Made by a program: the position numbers and the translations under genes. Source: Candidatus Bathyarchaeia archaeon (GTDB lineage Archaea > Thermoproteota > Bathyarchaeia > Bathyarchaeales > Bathycorpusculaceae). From it: a DNA stretch of 64,000 bases. Below are positions 29,273-38,631 of this stretch, in pieces. Where the stretch lies: the NCBI GenBank assembly GCA_050012755.1, contig JBEKGO010000026.1:1-64000 (forward strand), given 5' to 3'. The notes under the pieces are model-generated. The model saw only the letters and a list, made by a program, of their open reading frames with translations. It was not told the DNA's origin and searched no databases. Each line of letters opens with the position of its first letter. Within the stretch, counting starts at the first letter, position 1.

Positions 29273-30517
29273 GTGTCTGGTAGTCTGCCCAATACAAAAA
29301 TAGATACAAAAGATCCCGGGGACCTAGTTCAGAACAGGTTTAGATTCCAGGCAGCTTATGCTGGATATATTTCACTTCGCCTCATAGGCGAGAACTCAGA
29401 ATACGACTGCATATATTGTGAACAATATGAAGATATTTTGGTAAAGCTTAAGAACGGTTTGTTCATTGGCATACAGGTTAAAACTAGGGATAAGTCGCTC
29501 GGCCCGTTCAGGTTCAATGACGACGAAATATTGCAAAGCATAAAGAGGTTTATCAGACACGAGATTGAATTTCCGAACGACTTTTCAAACTATATTATTA
29601 GCACCAATGCTGGTTTCGCGTCGGGAACAAACGATAACAATCTAAAATTGGTTCTGGAAATTGTAAAAAAACACAAAGGTTCAACAAAATCCATAAAAGA
29701 TATGGACTTTTCAAAGGAACTAGAAAAATTAAGTAAATTGTCGAACTGCAAAAAGAGCCTTATTCTCACTGTCCTCAATAAACTAAGCGTCGTCGATTGG
29801 GCGGACCTAGACAATTATGAAACAATTCTTGCCCATGACATTGGTGTGCTAACTAACAATGGAGATAAACCTTCCTTTATCCTGGAAGCAATTGCAAATG
29901 AGCTTATTGCTCTCACCACAAAAGCGGCCTGCCGATCCGCTAGTTTAACAGAACCATCATATTACAAATTGCTTAGAGCGCCGGAAGCAGCACTTTCTGA
30001 TACTGTGTTGGAAAACAAACGAATCACCTCTAGCATGGTTGATGATTGCCTAAACAAACACCTGAACTTAGTAATCACACTCCAAAGCATCAATCCAAGC
30101 CCAATCTTGCTATCACCAAAGGGTACAAAAATAATGGAAATTAAGATGCTACAAGGAGGCATCAACAACGAGAATATTGATTTAATGAAAGATAATAACT
30201 ACTCAACTCGGAGACTATTCATTGGATGGCTTTACAAATGGAGAAAAATTGAGGCTGAACGCCACGCTGACCATCTTTCCCTTCTAGTTAGAAATGAATG
30301 TCAAGAAGTTAAGAATACTTTTGAAAATAGGTCATCGATTTATGGTCCTGAAATGCTGCAGTTAGTTCAAGAAAGATTGAGAAAAAGTTATGACACGTTG
30401 ACGTTTCAATATAAGGACCTTCAATATCCGCACTTATTAGGGATTGCAGGTATTCTTACCGAGGAGTGCAAACTTTGGTGGAGCAAACCGTTTTCTATCG
30501 AAAAGGAGGATGAATAA
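29273..30517 (+). CDS. lmuA: Lamassu/ABC-3C effector, Cap4-like (DUF4297) dsDNA nuclease plus C-terminal domain
   Basis: DPGD...RFRFQ, CEQYEDILV, GIQVKT; C-terminal GIAGILTEECKLWW. Confidence 0.8.
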   Translation: MSGSLPNTKIDTKDPGDLVQNRFRFQAAYAGYISLRLIGENSEYDCIYCEQYEDILVKLKNGLFIGIQVKTRDKSLGPFRFNDDEILQSIKRFIRHEIEFPNDFSNYIISTNAGFASGTNDNNLKLVLEIVKKHKGSTKSIKDMDFSKELEKLSKLSNCKKSLILTVLNKLSVVDWADLDNYETILAHDIGVLTNNGDKPSFILEAIANELIALTTKAACRSASLTEPSYYKLLRAPEAALSDTVLENKRITSSMVDDCLNKHLNLVITLQSINPSPILLSPKGTKIMEIKMLQGGINNENIDLMKDNNYSTRRLFIGWLYKWRKIEAERHADHLSLLVRNECQEVKNTFENRSSIYGPEMLQLVQERLRKSYDTLTFQYKDLQYPHLLGIAGILTEECKLWWSKPFSIEKEDE

Positions 30518-31071
30518 TGGATCTTCTTAGAACATTAGCTGACCTTGAAGACAATCCAAAATTGCACCTCGCTCGACTCTTAATCTTGCTTAAGGAATTC
30601 GATACCAAAAAAGGAGGCCCAGGTATTGATGGTAAAACTAAACTGGTGAAGCTCGATTTCTTACTTAGATACCCTGTCTATTTAGAGCGAGCACTAAAGG
30701 AAAAAAAGCTTCCTGAAAGTACTATTGCAATAATGGAGTATGAACGGAGCAGCATTGAGTCGACAATGATTCGTTATCGATTTGGTCCATGGGATCCACG
30801 TTATGATACTTTCATTAATCTTCTTATTGGAATGGGTTTGTGTGAACTAAGCAAAAACGGGCGCATGGTATACATTGGCTTAACTCAAAAAGGATTCGAG
30901 GCAGCGTTGCGGTTATCAAAAGCTGAAGAATTCGAAAATATAGTCAATCGATCACGAATACTAAGAAGGTACTTCAACCAAGGTGGCACCAGCCTCATGA
31001 ACTTTATTTACGATACTTTTCCAGAGATCGTTTCTTTAAAAACCGGAGAGACTATAAAATATGAATATTAG
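30517..31071 (+). CDS. lmuC: Lamassu/ABC-3C middle component
   Basis: ARLLILL...TKLVKLDFLLRYP...MIRYRFGPWD; lies between the effector and the ATPase. Confidence 0.75.
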   Translation: MDLLRTLADLEDNPKLHLARLLILLKEFDTKKGGPGIDGKTKLVKLDFLLRYPVYLERALKEKKLPESTIAIMEYERSSIESTMIRYRFGPWDPRYDTFINLLIGMGLCELSKNGRMVYIGLTQKGFEAALRLSKAEEFENIVNRSRILRRYFNQGGTSLMNFIYDTFPEIVSLKTGETIKYEY

Positions 31072-33007
31072 ATTTGAGACATTAGCCTTAACATGCAAGC
31101 AGTCAAAAGAAGTTATAGACTTCTCTTCCAGATTATCACTCTTCTATGGAAAAATGTCATCAGGCAAGTCCACTATTGCTAGATTAATAGATTATTGCCT
31201 AGGCGGTGATCTACAACGTACGACAGCAATTGATAAAGAGCTGATTTCTGTTCAGCTTGTAGCAACGATAGAGCAATATAGCGTAATTCTTGAGCGCCCA
31301 TCCTCTGGTTCAGACCAAGTTCAAGTTACATGGACGACCAAAGATGGACTTTACGGAAGTTTATTAGCTCCCACAGGATTCTCGCAAACGCCTATATGGG
31401 AGGGAAAAATCTGCAATTTGAGTGATCTGCTCTTTCATTTTTTGGGTATTGAACCTCTGAGAATTCCTAAAAGCGCCCAATCTTCAGAGCAGCAACCTGT
31501 GCGTTTGAGTTTCCGCAACTTTATGTGGTATTGCTATCTACAACAGAACCTCTTAGATTCATCATTTTATTGGCTTAAAACTGAATATAGGCAGAGGAAT
31601 AGCCGTTATGTTCTTGACTACATTGTAGGCGCATATAGCGACAAACTATCCGCTATCAAAACAGAGATAGGGCAAATCAAGGAAGAAAAAAGCAAGAAAA
31701 AAACAGAGGTTGAAAGCATACGACCATTCTTAGAAAAATTTGGTTATAACTCAGAGGATTCGCTACTGAAAGAAATAAAGGTTGAAGAAGAGAAGCTAGC
31801 CCAAGTGTACTCCGAATTAGCGCAGATGAAAAACGGGTTTACAGGAGAAACGCATTTTGTGGATAAACAAAGGGAGAAGCTTCGATCATTGGAAAGAGAC
31901 TTATCTGACCGCGAGGTAGCACTTGATGACATAAGGAGAAGAATCATAGAACAAACGTCTTTAAAGGCTGAACTTATTGCGACAAAATTCAAACTAGTTC
32001 GCTCTGTGTCAGCTGAAAATATTCTCGATGGGGTAAAGTTTGAAATATGCCCTTCTTGCGGGGCAAAGATTGAAGCAAGTGTTGACACGGATGTAGATAC
32101 TTGCCATTTGTGCAAACAAATGCATCCTCAACAAAGCGAAGTGAATGAAACTAAAGCAGATATTGTGAAGCTGGACCTTGACGCCAGGATTTTCGAATTA
32201 GAAGAGTCAATAAACCGTCAAACAAAGGAACAGGAAAAACAAAAACATGATTACTCAGAACTAAGAGCTGAGAAAAACTCGATGGACGCCGAGCTTGCGG
32301 AAGCGCTGAAAATATATGATTCCAACTTTTTAGCTGCATCTCGTCAAATTGAGCATCAAATTGCGGCCTCGGAAGAAAAAATTCAAAACTTGCGAAAATT
32401 AGCTAGGATGCCAAAAGCAGTTAATAGCCTACAAGACGAGATAATAATGCTCGATGCCAAAGAACAACGTCTTAATTTGGAATTTGAGAGGGAGAAAGCT
32501 ACATTTATCACTGCTGAGGAACTAATAAAAGAGATTGAAAGTAGCTATTTAAATGCCCTGATTTCGATTGGTCTCCAAGGCGTTCACGAAGATGACAGGG
32601 TAGAAATTGACAGGAATACGTGGATTCCGTACATTTTGGAACACGGAAGCAAAGAACACGTTTGGGATTTTTTCAACGCTGGAAGCGGTGGAAAAATGAC
32701 AATTCTTAATGTATGCTACGCTCTAGCAATTCATAAGGTAGCTGCCGAAAGAAAATTACCCTTACCTAATTTTCTTATTATTGATTCTCCAATGAAAAAT
32801 GTTGGCAAAGGTGTAAACCAGGAAGTCTTTGAAGCTTTCTACAAATATCTCTACAATCTTGCGTTAGGTCCTTTGGCAGAAACACAACTGATAATATTGG
32901 AAACAGATTATGTTCAACCTCCTGACGAACTCCCAAAGATGGTTCGGAAAATGACTCCTGATGATCCTGATTTCCCACCTTTAATTCGTTATTATAGAGG
33001 CGCATAG
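31061..33007 (+). CDS. lmuB: Lamassu SMC/Rad50-like ABC ATPase
   Basis: GKMSSGKST Walker A, coiled coils with CPSC/CHLC hook, GSGG signature, LIIDSP Walker B. Confidence 0.85.
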   Translation: MNIRFETLALTCKQSKEVIDFSSRLSLFYGKMSSGKSTIARLIDYCLGGDLQRTTAIDKELISVQLVATIEQYSVILERPSSGSDQVQVTWTTKDGLYGSLLAPTGFSQTPIWEGKICNLSDLLFHFLGIEPLRIPKSAQSSEQQPVRLSFRNFMWYCYLQQNLLDSSFYWLKTEYRQRNSRYVLDYIVGAYSDKLSAIKTEIGQIKEEKSKKKTEVESIRPFLEKFGYNSEDSLLKEIKVEEEKLAQVYSELAQMKNGFTGETHFVDKQREKLRSLERDLSDREVALDDIRRRIIEQTSLKAELIATKFKLVRSVSAENILDGVKFEICPSCGAKIEASVDTDVDTCHLCKQMHPQQSEVNETKADIVKLDLDARIFELEESINRQTKEQEKQKHDYSELRAEKNSMDAELAEALKIYDSNFLAASRQIEHQIAASEEKIQNLRKLARMPKAVNSLQDEIIMLDAKEQRLNLEFEREKATFITAEELIKEIESSYLNALISIGLQGVHEDDRVEIDRNTWIPYILEHGSKEHVWDFFNAGSGGKMTILNVCYALAIHKVAAERKLPLPNFLIIDSPMKNVGKGVNQEVFEAFYKYLYNLALGPLAETQLIILETDYVQPPDELPKMVRKMTPDDPDFPPLIRYYRGA

Positions 33008-33272
33008 TAAGATCTAGCAAAGCGCTGCAAAAAACATTCTCATTAGCTATTCCCTTTCGCCAAATTCATTTGCCTTAGAGATCATGTTACTAGACCGTAA
33101 GCCTTCACTTTGATGTTGAGGTACTATTATTTGAAATTCCCTGAAAGAAAAAAGGGGAGTTTTGAGGGAGGCATCTCCACACTTTAGAGGATAATTACTT
33201 ATCCCATCAATTTGGGACTTATCATTCATATTTCTTGGATTTCCGAGAAGAAGAGTATATCACTCACAAAAA

Positions 33273-33650
33273 CTATAATCTACCTTTAGTTTCTGGAGGG
33301 CTACCCTTTGCTTTTTTTAAAGGTTTCATAACGTAATATGTTCGCTTGTTTTGAATGCCAGACAACCATCTCTCAACCCATTTAGCAATTTCTTGATTAA
33401 CTTCTGAGGGCTCCAGAGATTGGAGTCTTCTCTTGACTCTATCTCCAAAAATGAAGGTTTTGGTACCATCAGGCAATGTCTTGCACTGAATGTTGTAGGG
33501 AAAATCTTCCATCATTAATTTACGCAACACTAAAAAAACGTTAATTGCATCCTGTACAACTACACCTTCAGGTTTTTCGCGGTTTACAACTAACAATTTA
33601 AAAAATAGTTCTTTTAATTGACCCTCATCGGGTAAGTTGCTGGCTTTCAT
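33273..33650 (-). CDS. Hypothetical protein
   Basis: ORF in a co-oriented run. Confidence 0.55.
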   Translation of the reverse strand: MKASNLPDEGQLKELFFKLLVVNREKPEGVVVQDAINVFLVLRKLMMEDFPYNIQCKTLPDGTKTFIFGDRVKRRLQSLEPSEVNQEIAKWVERWLSGIQNKRTYYVMKPLKKAKGSPPETKGRL

Positions 33651-33675
33651 AAACTCTGCTCCCCATGTTTCTGAC

Positions 33676-33954
33676 TTACTTCTTGTTCTGTTTGTTCTCT
33701 GTTAGTAATAGATTACAACTCACGCAGGAGAAAATTGTTTTATGGTTTTGTTCTGGCAAAGCAGCGCCTATCCCAGCCTGGTGATTTTCTGTCGGACAAT
33801 AGATTATCATTACAGCTGAATTGCAAACTGGACATTTTTCTTTAGCCCATCGAAAATGAAGATGTGTGGGTTTATCAATCGGGTTGTCCTTGAGTTTAAA
33901 CTCAAGCGTTAAACCACTTTCCATTATGGGCGTCAACTTAATTCGCTTTTTCAT
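33676..33954 (-). CDS. Zinc-ribbon hypothetical protein
   Basis: CPVC...CVSC. Confidence 0.6.
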   Translation of the reverse strand: MKKRIKLTPIMESGLTLEFKLKDNPIDKPTHLHFRWAKEKCPVCNSAVMIIYCPTENHQAGIGAALPEQNHKTIFSCVSCNLLLTENKQNKK

Positions 33955-33980
33955 CCTTTATCTTCTCCAAGTATTAATCG

Positions 33981-34400
33981 TCAATGTGATAAGAGCTTTT
34001 CAGGATTCAGAGAGGCAAATATCGTTAAGTGAGAGTTACCTTTAGCGCCCCAGACATGAATTCTTGTTATTTTTGAAAAGAAAGCCATTCCTTCTCTGCT
34101 AATTCTCACGTGAACTTTAGGGCTTTGTCTTGGTGCTTTAACTCTTAAGAAAATAGTTGTGGGTATAAGCGCGCTTAAACTTTCGCCAGTCGTATTATCG
34201 ATAATTAGCGTTTCATAAGCTCCTACCGACCTGTCAAATCCGCCGTGAAAGAAAAATTCATAATAGCTTTTTTGTCTTGAAGAGTGTAGCGCTTTTTCAA
34301 GAGTAATCTCGATATTAGCAGAATCGGGGTTACTATTTATGCTTAATAGAATTTCCCTGATAATAGTTGATCGTAAACTATCAACATCAATGGACTGCAC
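33981..34400 (-). CDS. Hypothetical protein
   Basis: ORF with GGAG upstream. Confidence 0.55.
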   Translation of the reverse strand: MQSIDVDSLRSTIIREILLSINSNPDSANIEITLEKALHSSRQKSYYEFFFHGGFDRSVGAYETLIIDNTTGESLSALIPTTIFLRVKAPRQSPKVHVRISREGMAFFSKITRIHVWGAKGNSHLTIFASLNPEKLLSH

Positions 34401-34585
34401 CTGGCTCCCTCGAAATAAGAATCGATGGAGCGCCTTTTAACATTTTAGTTAGGCATTTTAGCTGTTATAATTCTTGTTGTAGGCGTTTTATTACTGCTTT
34501 TTAGAGGCATCAAAAGGCGAAACTAGTTGTTTGATGCGTCACTCAAAAAGAATTGTTATAAGGAGTAACATCAGATTAGGAAACC

Positions 34586-34969
34586 ATGATGTTTAAGAAG
34601 GCTCTCCTGGAGAAGGTTCTTTCAGGCGAGAAGACTCAGACGCGTAGGGATATTAAGCGCAAGCCTGGGGTTCAGGTTTTTTCTGTTGGTCAAGTGATCG
34701 GTGTTCGTGCTGGTTACACGAAGTATATTGGTGCGATTAGAATTGTTAGGAGGCGCCAAGAGAACTTGGGCGATATTTCTGAGGAAGACGCCAAGAAAGA
34801 AGGGTGTCATAGTGTCGAGGAATTTAAGACAATATGGATTAAACTTTTTGGGAACTGGGATCCTGATCAGGTTGTGTGGGTGTATGATTTTGTTCTGGCT
34901 GACATATCTGATTTAACCAATAAAGATAGCACCGTTGAACCGGCAACGAATCTATTAAAGTCCCAATGA
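34586..34969 (+). CDS. ASCH domain protein
   Basis: VLSGEKTQTRR, DISEEDAKKEG, VWVYDF. Confidence 0.88.
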   Translation: MMFKKALLEKVLSGEKTQTRRDIKRKPGVQVFSVGQVIGVRAGYTKYIGAIRIVRRRQENLGDISEEDAKKEGCHSVEEFKTIWIKLFGNWDPDQVVWVYDFVLADISDLTNKDSTVEPATNLLKSQ

Positions 34970-37868
34970 AGTCTCCGCCATCTAATTTTTTTTGTAATGT
35001 TTCCATTCTTCCAGGAGAAGAGCCTCCGAGATCACTTATGTCTTGGCGAAGTATTTTCTCGAGTTCGGCCATTTGAGATGAGTTTAGGCTATTCAGAAAC
35101 CCTTTGCACAATGCTTTGTTATGGATTAAGCTTATTTTTCCCCCAGTGCCTTCTATGAATGCTAAAAGTTTCTTCTGGATCGGTTGGAGCTCCATTTTTC
35201 CTGAAAATGTCATTCCTGCTTTTTCGAAGAATGGGTTATATTTGGCCATGACTGCGACGGTTTCGACTACTCGGGCGTTTACTTTTGGAAGAGTTTGTTT
35301 GACGAGTTCTTGTGCTAGGCTGATGCCTCTGAATTTTGGATGAATTATTATTCGGGCAATTCTGAGGATTTCAGCGTTTACTCTTTTTATATTATTTTTG
35401 TATTCAGGGAAGCGTTCGTTGCGTAGGTGCAAGGCTCTGAATGAAATGGCGTATAGAATTATTCCGATTGTTTCTCCGTTATAGGTAAGTTTGAAGCGGT
35501 ATTTGACAGCTGCCGGGGTTCCTTGGAGGTAATGGAAACATTTGAGGTATTCATAATCTTCTTTTGTAGCTGGGAGAATCTGCATTGAATTAACTAAGCT
35601 GAACTGTCTGGGTTTTGCTGGATAATATTTCACTTGGGTTGTTTGGCCGAATTTTTTGTCAACAACTATGTTTGGATTGAAGTCTTCGATTAAATCTTTA
35701 TGCGTAGTTGCAACGATAACCATTTTTTTGTTTCGTCTGGCCCATTTCTGTATGCAAAATGCTAAAACCTTTGCCATTTCGCGGTCCAAAGTAGCGCCAA
35801 ATTCATCAATTAATAAGACATCTGCGTTTTGGCTTATCATCTTGGCGAGTTTGTATCTGTATTTTTGGCCTTCACTTAATTCTTTGTATTTGCGGAGCAT
35901 TATGAATGCTTCACTTAATCCGACGATGCTGAGTAAGGCCATTGCTTCTTCTTGGGAGGCTCCGATGCTGTTTATTACGACTTCGTTTTCGTCTGGTTGG
36001 ATATCGGCAAAGTTAATGCATTTTAGGTTATTTGATTGGGTTTCTTTGCTAAAGAGTTTAAGGAAGGTTGATTTGCCAGATCCCGAATCGCCGGTGACAT
36101 AGAGTAAGTCATCAGGATTGAATTTCACTTGGACATTATCAAATATCATAAATTCTTTTTTGTCGTCGACGCCTACGCCGAATGCTTCACTTACAGCCAT
36201 TACTCTGTCTGTAATTTCAACGGGACTAGCCGCTATTTTTAGGTTCAATGTTAAGTTGTATTGTTTTTCTCCTGGATCAATTTCTGTGCTATCCGATTTC
36301 AAAGGCTGAAGTTTTTGGTTGTTGGACCCTCCAATCTCGATTTTTTCTGTAAAGTTGACGTTGCTATCGAATTCTTTTTGTCCGGTGAAACTGTTTACGC
36401 AGATTAGGTGAATTTGGTTGAAACCGTATTTTTGGGCGAATGTTACTTCGTTTTTGCATTCTAGTTGGATGTCGACTGTTTGTGGTGGCAGAATTGATTT
36501 TACATGTATGACTTCTTGGGGTGTGGTGGCGTCTTTCCAGACTACCAGGTGGGGTTCTGTTGCTTCATAGCTTTCTGTGACGCGTAGGCCTTGGAACCGG
36601 TAAAGTTCAGCGATGTCTTTTTTTGATGTTATGCTTGATATGGCTTGTTGTGGTTTTATGTTTAGGTTTTGGATGTTGGAGAGGCTTGCGAGATTTGATG
36701 TTTGTTGGGGGGCTGGTTCGTTTGAGATTAGTTGTTTTGATAGGAGTGATTTTACTCGGGCGCATTTGTCGCATTCTTTGAAGGATTGGATTGTCATGTT
36801 GTGGTAAGTTATGTGTTTGTAGACTGTGCGGCTGGATCTGCAGAGTTTTTCTGCGACTTTTTCCATGCTTTCTTGTGTTTCAAAGCGGGTTTGAATTATG
36901 TTGACGTGTTCGTAATCGCCCACGTGGCTGCTGGCTTTTTCTCCAGTTTCTTGTAAGCCATCATATTTGACATCGATATTGAATATCTTAAGCAGATTCT
37001 CGTTCTCCAATTTATGCCAGTATGGCATTGTGCTTTCGCCGTAACCGACTGGTCCTTTTCTGCTGACAATTATGAATTTTTCTACACCCATACGCATTAC
37101 GCCGTATGGATCAAAGAAGTTGTAGAGGAAATGGAGTGAGTCTGGGAGGCCTTCTATTCCTTGGCCTTTAAGAAATGTATAATCAGCGATTGACCGCACA
37201 TCTATATCAATGCTGAACCATCTTACACTATCCAGAACTAGAGCGAAACCAACGTGTCTCATTTCTCTAATAACGTGAATCATGTAGTTTTTGGCTTGAG
37301 TTTGGGAATCTCCTATACTTTCTCTACTGTAAAGAAGGTTGGCGGCTTCTCGGATAACTAGCGCCCAAGGTTCTGTCCAGCTTAATCTATTCCAAAATTT
37401 ATTCATTAAGAGAGCTAGGCATTTCCATTCTTCCTGGATGCTACTGTAGAAGGCACTTACGCTGATGACTGCTTTGTAACTGCTAAGTTCTTTTAATGTT
37501 AAGTCTTTGGCGTTTATGGATGGCCATTTTGAGTTTATTGTTACTGATTCGCCCTTGAGAAAAAGGATGCTGTCGGCTCGGGGGCTTCTACACCAGGCTA
37601 AGCCTTCATTGTCACGGCTGCCGAAGGCATCAATAACTGTTCCGTAACGGTTGCCGATGTTTTCAACGAGGCTGCTTTTGCCTTCTCCAGTTCCTCCGTA
37701 GACCACGAAAGCTTTTGGTTTTGTGAGTGCTTTGCGAATATTTGCGGCGTCATCAAAGGGAAATCGAACCCAATCGATATCGATTGTTGGCGGTTGTTCA
37801 GAGATGTTCGTGTTTGCCTGTGGGTTTTTCTGCTGGTTCTGTGTTTGAGGTTGGTTTTTGTCCTCCAC
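34839..37868 (-). CDS. Multidomain protein: FtsK/HerA/A32-like ATPase + HTH + degenerate PD-(D/E)xK-like fold + ABC ATPase + GNAT
   Basis: YGGTGEGKS, LVIREAA, REMRHVG; MEKVAEKLCRSSRTVYKH; GDSGSGKST, LSEGQ, LIDEF, ATTH; RIIIHPKFRGISLA, NPFFEKAGM. Confidence 0.8.
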   Translation of the reverse strand: MEDKNQPQTQNQQKNPQANTNISEQPPTIDIDWVRFPFDDAANIRKALTKPKAFVVYGGTGEGKSSLVENIGNRYGTVIDAFGSRDNEGLAWCRSPRADSILFLKGESVTINSKWPSINAKDLTLKELSSYKAVISVSAFYSSIQEEWKCLALLMNKFWNRLSWTEPWALVIREAANLLYSRESIGDSQTQAKNYMIHVIREMRHVGFALVLDSVRWFSIDIDVRSIADYTFLKGQGIEGLPDSLHFLYNFFDPYGVMRMGVEKFIIVSRKGPVGYGESTMPYWHKLENENLLKIFNIDVKYDGLQETGEKASSHVGDYEHVNIIQTRFETQESMEKVAEKLCRSSRTVYKHITYHNMTIQSFKECDKCARVKSLLSKQLISNEPAPQQTSNLASLSNIQNLNIKPQQAISSITSKKDIAELYRFQGLRVTESYEATEPHLVVWKDATTPQEVIHVKSILPPQTVDIQLECKNEVTFAQKYGFNQIHLICVNSFTGQKEFDSNVNFTEKIEIGGSNNQKLQPLKSDSTEIDPGEKQYNLTLNLKIAASPVEITDRVMAVSEAFGVGVDDKKEFMIFDNVQVKFNPDDLLYVTGDSGSGKSTFLKLFSKETQSNNLKCINFADIQPDENEVVINSIGASQEEAMALLSIVGLSEAFIMLRKYKELSEGQKYRYKLAKMISQNADVLLIDEFGATLDREMAKVLAFCIQKWARRNKKMVIVATTHKDLIEDFNPNIVVDKKFGQTTQVKYYPAKPRQFSLVNSMQILPATKEDYEYLKCFHYLQGTPAAVKYRFKLTYNGETIGIILYAISFRALHLRNERFPEYKNNIKRVNAEILRIARIIIHPKFRGISLAQELVKQTLPKVNARVVETVAVMAKYNPFFEKAGMTFSGKMELQPIQKKLLAFIEGTGGKISLIHNKALCKGFLNSLNSSQMAELEKILRQDISDLGGSSPGRMETLQKKLDGGDFIGTLIDSLPVQRCYLYWLNQICQPEQNHTPTQPDQDPSSQKV

Positions 37869-38442
37869 TTAGGTCCACTCGTGGAATATTTTGGGGTGCA
37901 AATATGGGTGTTGAACTAATGACGTATGCAGGTGTGTTAGTGACGTCTATTCCTTGCCAGCTAAGGTGCAGCAGATATGTTGCTTCTGCGTGTAGGTCTC
38001 TGAAGGCGCCGGGTATGTCGCCGACGTCTTCGAAGTTTTCTATGAATGCTGCAGTTGCCACCGATAGAGTTTCATTATCTGATCCTCTTACCCAGGGAGA
38101 CCCTGTGATGAAATAGAGTTGGAAAAGTTTTGCGAGTTTATAGGCGTTGAAGAGGAATTGTTTTTCTTGCTGTATGCTTGTTGATCCTGTTTCTTTGTCT
38201 TTTAATACGGTGAATTCTAGGTCGTTTAGTTCTTCCATCATTTCGACTATTTCGGTGCGTCTTTGTTCTGTGTCTTTGATGTTTTGTAAGTAACGTAGGC
38301 CGGCGACTTCTTTGAGTATGCCAAAGTCATCAGCAATGCGTTCGTTTGGTTTAGGTCGGCTTATGACTTCTCTGAATTTCTGGAAGCGGCTTTTGCCTTG
38401 TCGGTTGGGTCCTGAGTTTGGGTTTTGTCCTTGGATTGCCAT
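37798..38442 (-). CDS. Hypothetical protein
   Basis: ORF overlapping the start of the ATPase gene; same operon. Confidence 0.65.
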   Translation of the reverse strand: MAIQGQNPNSGPNRQGKSRFQKFREVISRPKPNERIADDFGILKEVAGLRYLQNIKDTEQRRTEIVEMMEELNDLEFTVLKDKETGSTSIQQEKQFLFNAYKLAKLFQLYFITGSPWVRGSDNETLSVATAAFIENFEDVGDIPGAFRDLHAEATYLLHLSWQGIDVTNTPAYVISSTPIFAPQNIPRVDLSGGQKPTSNTEPAEKPTGKHEHL

Positions 38443-38445
38443 GTC

Positions 38446-38631
38446 TTATGTACTCTCCGTGAACCTTTTGCGGCAGCGGTAGCATTGGATTAAGGGTTTG
38501 TTTTTGATGAACGATACTGCGTGAAGGTAACCACATGAATCACATTTGTAATCTGCAAGTATTTTTCCCAGCTTGTTTGTTTCAATTTTTAGGGTTTCAA
38601 TTTGCGTTGTCTTCGCCTCCTTTAAGGCCAT
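38446..38631 (-). CDS. Small zinc-finger protein
   Basis: CDSC...CYRC; the real gene is the 3' end of the long shadow ORF 38446-39270. Confidence 0.6.
   Translation of the reverse strand: MALKEAKTTQIETLKIETNKLGKILADYKCDSCGYLHAVSFIKNKPLIQCYRCRKRFTEST

Noticed and set aside
36950-37868. VirB4/VirD4 conjugation ATPase or terminase
   Set aside because: The domain is only ~300 aa, with no RNase H nuclease domain and no relaxase or VirB6-like partner recognised
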